A stretch of DNA of 44,892 nucleotides, filler included, from Jimgerdemannia flammicorona (lineage: Eukaryota): the NCBI GenBank assembly GCA_003990765.1. It is 2 parts of 2 records of this genome, joined end to end, with 100 filler letters (N's around TTAATTAATTAA, not from the genome) between each part and the next. Parts side by side here need not be neighbours in the genome. Positions count along the whole stretch, not along the records: positions 22,497 to 44,892 come from RBNJ01001287.1; 1 more part is not named here. One strand, 5' to 3'. This document shows, piece after piece, positions 35,343 through 44,892 of this stretch; the first letter of the stretch is position 1; each line of letters begins with the position of its first letter. A program made the translations under genes and the position numbers. Below the pieces are notes generated by a model. The model did not search any database and was not told the origin of the DNA. It was given only the letters and a program-made list of their open reading frames with translations.

Positions 35343-38300
35343 GAGTGAATCTTTTCTGATAAAATAGTACTTAAACAGGGTATCTACCCATATAACTATA
35401 AGATGCTCTAGTTTGATACTATTATAATTGGTTTACTGCTGATTAGTAGCTCAGCTTATATAAACTATGATATGATACTACTGGTTAGATCTTCCTTAAA
35501 CTAGAACTATCTTTGAAGACATATATATACAAAATAAATGACTTCTGCAGATTGAGTCATATAAGGATTATTGCTATAGTCATTGTAACAGTGATCTCAG
35601 AATGATGACATCATCACAGAAGACAGTCTTTCCTTATAAACCACCAGATCAGAGTATAAGGAGATCATATGGCATGACTCAACCAGGCTATAAGATGAGT
35701 AATAATGACCAACTATAAGTCTTCATGACTACAAGATAGACATCTCAAGGAATATAAAAGAAGGACCAAGGATCTGCAGCAGCAGTAACTCAAACAAGAC
35801 TCACAAAATCCAAAATAGCTCAAAGACTCACTATAAATAAAGTGCCTACTGTCTGCCAAATCTGAAGGTCTAGGAATTACTAAGGATTCTCAGTTACAGA
35901 AAAAATGTTCCAAGATATCAGAAGAGCCATGAGGACTCAATCAAGAAGGACTCCTAGCCTCAACCTGGGTACTAGTGACTCATATTATTTTATCCTCTAT
36001 TACTATGAAATGGAAACAAGGATCACCATTGCTACTGAATATCTCTGAATGTAGTAGGAGTATGAAATAGAAAATCTCCTCTGCCAGGAATTCCCTCAGG
36101 CTAGTTCCCAAGAGATACAAGATGCCACCCTCATGGATGTATATGAAATAAGGACAGCCAAGAAGATTCATCAGATCTTCAGATATGTACTATAGTTAAT
36201 CCTCAACTTGGAGTATACTAGAGTCTCAGACTTCAAGGAACTTCAGCCTGCTGTACCAATATACTGGATGCCATAGTGGTCACTGAAGCCCAATCTACTA
36301 TTACTCTCAATAGTGATGAGATAGGAGAGTTCTGGAATCCTATCCTTGAGGACAATTCTGATCAATTTCTGTAAGAATTGATCTCAGCATTCCAAGGCCC
36401 CAGTATCCAGGTTAGACCTCCCCAAGACCCCACATTTGTCTCTTATTTTGTGGAAGAGAATCTTATAGATTGTAGAGCCCTGGATCTCCTTACTCTCCCT
36501 GCTGCTACTAAACATAATGATGTCACCAGCAATGACATTATCTCATACAATATATGTAAAAAGGACAAAACATTCATAGACCTCATTTTCTTCAAAAACA
36601 TCCTAACCTCTGATAGTAATGAAGATGAAGCCCTCAGGATCCTGAACATTCTGCTCTGAGTTCTTTATATAACTGTTATTCTTCTGGCATTCTGATCTTG
36701 CATAACTCAGAAATTCTTCTAGCATTCTTTTCTTGTATAACTGAAATCTACCAGTATCCTGAACTTATGCAACCATTTGTACAGGTACTTGAATTTATAC
36801 TTATAACTGAAGTTTTCTGTGTTCCAGTATTTTATTTAGTTATTAGAATTTATATTTAGCTTTATATCTTAGCAACTATTGAATTATATTTTGTATAAAT
36901 ACCGCTCTTATTTCCTTTGAAATATCATCAGTCAAGTTCACTTATACTCAATTCTATGCAAGTAATCTAAGAGATAACAAGACAGTTTAAAGATAAGAAG
37001 TTTGAGATCTATAAGACCTTGGGAAGGCACTCCAATAAGAACTTGCTAATAACAAACTTATGGTTAGTCTAAGAGATATACCTTGAAGAGAATCTGATAT
37101 ATTTGAAGGACTCAGCACCCACTATGTAACAACTTAATATCCATTGGCTGGTGATTCAAGATGAATCCCTCGCTTTCAAGCTGAAAAATGAACAACTATC
37201 ACAACAACTACCTTGACTACAAGAGTCACCTCTGTAAGAATTCAAGATAAGATAGAAATACATTTTCTGAAATTCTATGGATATACTACTGAAGAGTCAA
37301 TCCTGATCTTTATTGAAGACTTTGAACAATTTCTCACCAAATGAGCCCTCAATGTAGATATACAATTAGTGCTACTACCTGTTAGCCTCAGAGGATCTGC
37401 CAGAGATAAGTTCAATGCAGTCATCATTGCTGATGCTGGTGCAGCCAATCTTATCAACTAGAAGAACTTCCTCAGAACTATATACTATACTGGAGAGATC
37501 AAGCAAGCTCTAAAGGATTAACTCAATACTATCTGTCAAGGACTTAGTGAAGACCCCAACTCATTCTACACCCAAATCTACCACCAGATTGTCTTGCCTG
37601 GCTATGATGACTGCCTCAAGAAATAGAAGATTAATGCTACTTTTGGACAACTAGCTGAAGTCTCTGCTTTCAGACAGCAGTTAAGAGTAGGACTTGCAAC
37701 TACTATCAAGAACTAAGAGTATAAGATCATTAAAGCTTACAATATACAAGAAGAATTCAAGAACTCAGATAGAGAATCTGAAGATTAGTGCAAAATATCA
37801 GCCTATACTTCATGTCAGTTTGAAGATTGTATATTTGATACTAGCATTGATACTGGTACTGAGGGATGTCTTGTGAGCAAGAAGGCAATTGACTACCTAG
37901 GCTGGGATATTGAAAAGTCTATCAAAATGGTCTATGTTACAGCAGATGATATATGAGCTACCCTTCTAGGCAAGATCTGAGAAGTCTTTATCAAGATAGA
38001 AAGAGCTACTATCCCAGTAGATATGATTGTTATAACTGCCACCAACTATGATATCCTCATTGGCAACCAATGGCTTTATAAGGCCAAGGCTGTAATTGAT
38101 CTTAATGCCTAGAAGATGCAGATCAACTATAGAGAAAGAAAGGTATGAGTCTCTATTAATGTCCATAAAGGAGTACTATCAGACATAGAGGAAGAAGATG
38201 AAGAGGATATAGAAGTCTTCATGCACTCAGTATATAAGAACAAGAGCAAGACAGCTAAGCTCACAGATAAGTAGTGATACTACAAGATCATCAATGACTA

Positions 38301-39236
38301 TACCCCTCAAGAAAGATACCCCCATAGTACTAGGATATACTGCTCTGAACATCTGAATGGCTGCTGGTCCTGTATCAGTGAAGTCAGGAAAATCTGTTAA
38401 CAAAAGTATGAGCATGAAGCTGTTGAAGCAAAATGGAAAGCCAAAGAAGATGACCAGCCTCCAGAGCTTGAAGCTAACAGCAATGATGAGAAGAAACAAG
38501 AACCAGACATCACTCTCAAGATTAAGAAGTTTCATCCTAAAGTCAAGATCCCAGAATACAAGACTGAAGAAGCTCTAGAAATAGACCTTACCAGTATTTA
38601 AGATACTATCCTTGAACCACAGACCACCACTCTACTTGGTACTGAAATTGAAGTCAAGTTGCTAGAGAACTATTCTGGAATTATCAAGACCAGAGGCAGT
38701 CTGGCCAAAAGCAAAATCTCAGTTAAAGGAGGAGTAATTGACTATTATACTTGCAAGATCTTCCTCATAGTCAGAAATTACAACCCCACCACCCCATTTG
38801 AAGTTAAGAAGTATGATAGGATTAGCTAGATGCTGATTCCTGAAGTCAAGAAGTATGACAGGATCAGCCAGATACTGATTGCTGAAGTCAAGAAGCCTAA
38901 GATCACTGAAGCCATCAAACTTATCAAGACTAAGAGAGAAGAACAAGGCTTTGGATCTACTGGAAGAGGAGTCTATACTGCTACAAGATTACCAAATTTA
39001 AGTACAAGATAGACAAGGACCAGAATAAGTACATATATACCATTGGAGACTCCTTTTCTCTAGAAGAACAACTTCTCAAGATCCTGTATCAGAATGAAGG
39101 AGTACTCACCACAGACTTTAGGGATATCCATAATCAAGAATCTAAGTACTATTACAAAGTTGACACTAGTGATACCTAGCCCATCTACCAGAAAGCCAGA
39201 CCTATACCACCTGCTAACAGAGAATGGCTACAAGCC
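35343..39236 (+). mobile_element. Ty3/Gypsy copy B of the dUTPase family: 3' ORF region and terminus (to TGTAACA at 37131), then deleted gag, PR and dUTPase; truncated by a LINE
   Basis: About 35600-37131 is homologous to the reverse complement of 25043-26680. 37625-39236 is homologous to 29465-31030 (IDTG protease, GFGSTG dUTPase). Confidence 0.88.
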
Positions 39237-39410
39237 ATCTTTCACCGGTAACATTCAGGTGACACAAGATTTGGGCAACACTTTCTGCGAAGTTTTTGGT
39301 GAAAAGCTACTATCAACATGGCGAGCAACGAGTAAACTGGTGGGCAGGTCGGCCAGGGGGGCAGCCGGGCCTTCGACTGGCAGCAGGTTGGGAGGAAACG
39401 AGGAGATGGT

Positions 39411-41237
39411 TTGGGGATGCCTGGGCCGTCTGTAGTGGGCGGTGGTGCTGGAGGTGGAGGAAGAGGTGGACTGAGGCAGCGAGGTGGGGGGAGGGCGACC
39501 TTTGCTGACAAGGTCAGGATGGGGAAGATGGCCACAGGGCTGGATGGTTGGTTGGGACTGGGGAAGGCGATGCCGGGTTCAGAAGGAGGGCAGGGAGGAT
39601 CCCCTATGGGAGCCTCAGTCAGTATGGGGGGAGGGGGAGTAGGGGTTGGAGATGTGACTGCTGATGGGGCTGTGACGGGGAATCTGGAAAAAAATCCAGA
39701 TGTGACAGTGGTTGGCGGATCCGGTCAGAAGGTGGGCACGAGGCCCGGGGACCTGGCTGATGGAGTGACAGGCATGGTGTCGGCACCGTTACTCAAAAAG
39801 TCGAGGTCTGAATTCATGGTCACATTGTGTTTCCGAGGCTTGGCAGTGACTGCGAGGATGATCCTGGGGCTAGTGGCGCAGGAGGTGAAGGAGGCAGCTA
39901 CGGTCAAGTTCATGAAGGGGAAGGAGGGGATTGAGGTTGGGTTTGAAGAAGAGGTGTCAATGCTGGAGGCTATGGAGAAAGGGGTAGTTGTGGGTGGAGT
40001 GGTAGTTCCTATGGCGAGGTGCATGCACTGGGACCCGAGAGTGGTGCAGTTGACAGTGCTGGATCTTCCTATGGTGTCGCGGGAGAAGGCTAGGGAGTCG
40101 ATTGTGGAGGTGGTAAAGGAGTATGGGGATGTCATTGATATCGGGTTCAAAGTCTGGGAGGGTACGGAACTTAGGACTGGAGACATTGATGTAAGAGTAT
40201 GCTTGTTCAGTCGGGAGAACACGGGGAAGGTGAGGGACTGGCCGGCGATGCTGAAGTGGGGACCAGTTGAGTGCAGGGTCTCTCGGGTGAAAGGGACACT
40301 AGAGGAAGAGGAGGATTTGCTGGAGGCTCTTGAGGATCTGATGGGAGCTGTCGAGAGGAGATGATTGGCTTGGAAGGAGTATGAGGCCAAGACGGTGGTG
40401 GAAATTGTAGAAGGGAAGAAGATCAGGATGGACCGAGGAACTTGGGAGAAGATGCAGGGGAGGCGTATTCAGAAGGAGCTGCTGGAGAAATTGGGAGGAG
40501 GCATGGTGGAAGGTAGAGAGGGAGGAAGTGGCATAGGATCGAGGGAAAGTGACTGGGCTGGGGAGCCCAGAGTGGATCAAAGGGTAGCCCAAGAGGTCCG
40601 TGGGGAAGGAGGGCAGGGTGGCGTGGTGGAGGACGCTGAGATGAGCGTAGAAGTAGAGCCACAGTACGGGGTCCCGGGAGGAGTCGGAGGTGAGGAGGAG
40701 CTTCTTGATGTCCTGGAGGAGGAGTGGGATGAGTCGGGAAGGAGGATCGCAGTGGTGGACCCAGTGGTTGGGGGGGAAGGGAGTGCCCAGGGTGCCGAGG
40801 CAGTGGTGGAGGAGGAGAAGTGGCTGTGGAAGACTCTGGAAGGGGTGGCAGCTGAGGAGCTGGGAGGTGAGGACTTCTGGGTTATGAGTGATAGGCACTG
40901 GGAGGAAATTCTGCATGGTGAGGAGGTGCCAACGAAGGTCCGGAATGAAATCCTGGCAGTGCTCCTGGAGTCGGTGGAGTATCAAGTCGATGATCAGCAA
41001 GAGGAGGAACTTCGAGTAATTGCAAATGATCGAGCAGCTTACCTGTGGAACTCGAAGAAAGGGTTGGAGAAGTGGGGAGTAGTGTGCAGGGAGTATCGGA
41101 CCGAATTCGAAGTAGTTGATGGAGCAGAGTGCCAGGAAATCTTGGAGGCACTGGATGCGCAGGAGGTGATAGAGGATGAGTTGGAGGCTGAGCGGCGCCT
41201 GGATATGGAGGGGGACAGGAGGAGCATGGAGTTCTAG
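39411..41237 (+). pseudogene. LINE ORF1, interrupted by one in-frame TGA at 40362-40364
   Basis: Two abutting in-frame ORFs. The sister copy reads ERRARAWK across the position of ERR*LAWK. Confidence 0.75.
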
Positions 41238-41267
41238 ATTGTGATATCCCTACCAACATTATTCAAT

Positions 41268-44200
41268 ATGAACAGTATGACTAGAATCTTTTCTTTGAAT
41301 ATCAATGGGCTAAGGGGGGCAAAACGGCGTAGAAACATTTTTAGCTGGTTGAAGGGTCTGGAGGCAGATCTCTTCCTATTGCAGGATGTGCAGTATGAGC
41401 CAGATGTGGACCTACTGGACTGGACTCGGGAATGGGGTGGGGCGGCTATATGGACAGGGCAGGTGGGCATCCTGGTTAGAAAAGGGATGGGGGACATTGG
41501 GGATGTTGGACATTGGGAGAGTAGGCTGGTATGGGGAGTGTGGAGGAGGCCTGGTTGGAATGCTTTGACTGTTGGGTCGTGCTATTGCCCAGCTGAGAGA
41601 GGGGAGTGCATAGGCTGGATCAAGGACTTGCGTGAGGCAGGGGTCTTGGGGGAAGCTGGGATTAACTGTCTGGGGGGTGACTTCAATATGGTGTGTGATA
41701 ATGTGGTAGATAGGACTGATGGGGGGAGAGGACTGCGAGGTAGAAGTGGAGGGCGGGAGGATTGGATGGAGGTGGAGAGGTTGAGTTCATTGGTGGACTC
41801 AGGGCAACAGTTCTGGGGGGATCGCCAAATCTATACTCATTGGGTGGCAGGACTTGGATCCAGGATCGACTGGGTGTTAACAGCAGAGTGCTGGGGAGTG
41901 GATGTCTGGGCTATGCTGGAGGTGGTTTGGTGCCCATGGTCCGATCACTGGGGGCTAATAGGGAGTGGGAGATTTGGGGGAAGTGGGGATGGGCCAGGGC
42001 ATTGGCTGCTCAACTCGTCTCTATTGGAGGATGGTTCTCTATGGACTGATTGGGAGGTGGAGGTTACTGAGAAGATTATTAGATGGCGGGAGCAGGGATT
42101 GGTCATTGGAGATCGATGGAGGAGGCTGAAGTCAAGTGCTCAGCGGTTCTGGGGGGAAGCAGGGAGAGGGAAGAGTGCACAAAGGTGGAGGCGGGTACAA
42201 TGGGCTTCACATAGATTGGGGACACTTTTGGAGAAATGGGCAGGGTGGATAGAAGGTGAAGGAGTAGTGGAGTGGCAAATTCAGCGGATAAGGAAGGAAG
42301 TAGAGGAGCTGAAGGAGGTGCTACAGAGGGAGGAAGAGAATCGGATAGAGGGAATGGTGGCGAGACTGAGGTGGCAGGGACTGGAGGATGGGGAGCATCC
42401 TACTAAGTTTCTCTCCAGGCTGCTCCAAGCACGGAGGACCAGGCAGCGGTGGGATAGTATCTTGGACAAGGATGGGAAAATGGTGGGGGGTATGCCAGGA
42501 ATACTTGGATTGTTGCGTAATCGCTGGGAGTGTTTGTGGAGCGAGGAGGATGGAGGTGAGGATGCACTGAACATTGAAAGGCAGTTGGAGGACTGGCATC
42601 CGGACCTGGCCCTGGGACTGGGGACACTGGGAGAACCAGTACGAGGAGAGGAGGTGTGTAAAGTTCTGGCCGTGACAAGTAGGGGGACTGCTCCGGGAGA
42701 GGATGGACTCACCTGGGACTTTTGGAAGAGGATGGTCAAGGTGGAAGGGGTCTTGGAGGAGATGACTGCAATGTGTGATGAAGTTATTCGATCTGGTGTC
42801 TGGATTGGGGGTCAGCGCCTGGGACTGGTCTCCCTGCTCTTTAAGGATAAGGGGAGGAGGGAGGATTGGAAGAATTGGCGACCGATCATGCTCCTGGACA
42901 TGGACCGCAAGTTGGTGATGAAGATCTTGGTGAATAGACTGCAGGGTATCGCTCAGCATGTTCTGGGAGTGGAGCAGAGAGGATTTGTTGGGGGTCAGTT
43001 GATCCGAGATGGAACTGCATGGGTCCATGGAGTGATTGAAGGAGCTCGGGCGGCTGGGGTTGATGGCCGGTTGGTGTTTTTGGACCAGGAGAAGGCATAT
43101 GACAGAGTTAGGAGGGTCTGGCTGGAAGGTGTATTGAGGCGTATTGGCATCCCGCTGGAGTTTCGGAGGTCATTAATCAGCCTATTGGAGAACAGTCAAG
43201 CAGCTTTGGTAGTGAATGGGCACTGGGGACTGGAGTTCCTGCTAGGTCGCGGAGTGCCACAAGGGGATCCTTTGTCACCTATTCTATATGCCCTATCCTT
43301 GGAGCCCCTTCTGGACAGGATCCAGCACCATATAGGGGGTTTGGACATTTTGGAGATTAACTGGAAAGTTGGAGCCTTCGCAGATGACATGGTGGTTGGT
43401 CTGGGTTCGTTTGCTGATGTGGAGGAACTGCGCAGGACTGTGGAGTAGTATGAGAGGGGCTCGGGTGCACGACTCAACTGGCACAAATGTGAGACTATGG
43501 TGCTTGGCGAAGGAATAGTTGGCAGCGAAGTAATTGGAACTGTGGTCCCTGCTGGAGAACCTGTCCGGTATTTAGGGATATATTTCTTGGTGTATGGGTC
43601 TCTCCTCCCCCGTGCATGGTGGGAACTGCGGCTGCTGGCGTGGGGGAACATTCTCCTGAGGTGGGGTGGTCGGCATATACATATCCTTGGCAGGAAGGGT
43701 GATGGTGCTGAACCGGTATTGGCTGCCAAAGTTGTGGTATATGGGGTATCATCTGGACTTCCCCCCCTGGGTGGTCAAGCGGCTTCTGAAAATGTCACGC
43801 TCATGGATCTGGGCAGGACGGCGGAGCCAAATTGGCTGGGAGGTTCTGTCACTACCAGTTGACCAGGGTGGGCTGGGCTTGGTAGACTTGGCCAAGCGTC
43901 TACATTGCCTGAGAGCTTGGTGGCTGAAGAGGGCTAGTGAGCTGCGTGGAAGAGAATGGGTGCCACTTATGCAGAGAGTATGGGAAGCTCGGTACTCCCC
44001 CCGTGGCACATCCGGTGATCTGTTGGCACTGGTGGCTCTGGATGGCAGTCGAAAGATGCACTACAAGGGTTTTTGGTGGGGAGTGGTGGATGGTGCAAGG
44101 CGAATAGGGCTGCGATGGAGGGGAGATGAGGGGGAGGAGGAGTGGGGTCCGCGGATGTGGAGATGGGACCGGCTGCTGCTGGGAGGTACTTTGGTGGAGG

Positions 44201-44892
44201 ATTTCCAACTTGGCGACGGTATGGAATGTCAGATAGGTCTTGGGGGTGATGCATGGCCTGAGGCTTGACAGCGGGCTGGGATTGGAGAGGAGTGGGATTG
44301 GAATGGGGTCTGGCTTTGGAGCAAACAGATGTCGCAGTAGCTCCCCCCCAAGTTCTGGGTGACATGGTGGAGGTTCTGGAGGCGGAATGTGATGCTGAAC
44401 TACCGGTCAGGGCACTTAGTGCCTGATGGTATGTTTGAGTGTGAGGAATGTTTGAATGTAGGTCAGGAGGGGGGAGTGGTGCAGATGCCTGAACATTGGC
44501 TTGGTGAGTGTGTAGTAATGGGGGACTTTTGGAACATTATTGCTAGTCGGTTGGGCCTACGGCCTTTGTTGGAAGGGGAGGGAGGGAGATGGGGGTGCTT
44601 TAGGCGGAGGTTAGTGGGTGGGGTAGGGGATGAACGGTTGACCCTGGGTTGGGCCCTGGCAATCTGGATAGGGATGGCTGGTCATTGGTTGAGTGTCTTT
44701 GAGGAGGGTCGGGTGACTACCATTACGGCGAGGGTAGCGCACTGGGAATGGTTAACACTAGACACTTTGAATGGTTGGTGGAGAGGGTGGGGAGAGGGTG
44801 GGGGGAGTCACCAGAAATTGGTGGAATGTATCTGCAAGAAGAGTGAGGGGAGAATTAGGGTGGTGGGTGGGTGGGTTGTCCTTCGGCAGGGG
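41268..44892 (+). pseudogene. LINE ORF2 (APE endonuclease + reverse transcriptase), with a stop at 43446-43448 and a frameshift near 43690
   Basis: APE motifs SLNINGL, GGDFN, SRIDWVL and SDH. RT motifs APGEDGL, WRPIMLL, FLDQEKAYDRV, GVPQGDPLSP and FADD. Confidence 0.92.

Larger units (their letters stand above)
39237..44892 (+). mobile_element. Near full-length L1/Tx1-like non-LTR retrotransposon (runs off the window end)
   Basis: 5' UTR, ORF1, and ORF2 with APE, RT and a C-terminal Cys/His motif. It interrupts Gypsy copy B right after agagaatggctacaagc. Confidence 0.93.

Overview
Eukaryotic, intron-rich fungal DNA; an early-diverging (Mucoromycota-like) source is inferred, not shown. An artificial N/TTAATTAATTAA/N linker at 22397-22496 splits the window. 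The left half (1-22.4 kb) is gene-dense, with four divergent gene pairs: RCF2-like / unknown protein, cyclophilin E / SNRNP27, mitochondrial SerRS / MATH-BTB, and an accessory pair. The accessory pair is an HSPA12-type Hsp70 with an intact-MIDAS vWA domain inserted inside its C-terminal beta-domain, head-to-head with an intronless coiled-coil protein ending in a GrpE/MIEAP-like motif. It is bracketed by two paralogous F-box-like pseudogene remnants and is the best candidate for an undescribed system. The right half (22.5-44.9 kb) is a nest of retroelements: a decayed Ty3/Gypsy, two copies of a dUTPase-carrying Ty3/Gypsy with an extra 3' ORF region, and several L1/Tx1-like LINE copies. The Gypsy copies show a strong CpA->TpA (RIP-like) substitution bias. 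Exon structures were deduced by eye from GT-AG sites and frame continuity.
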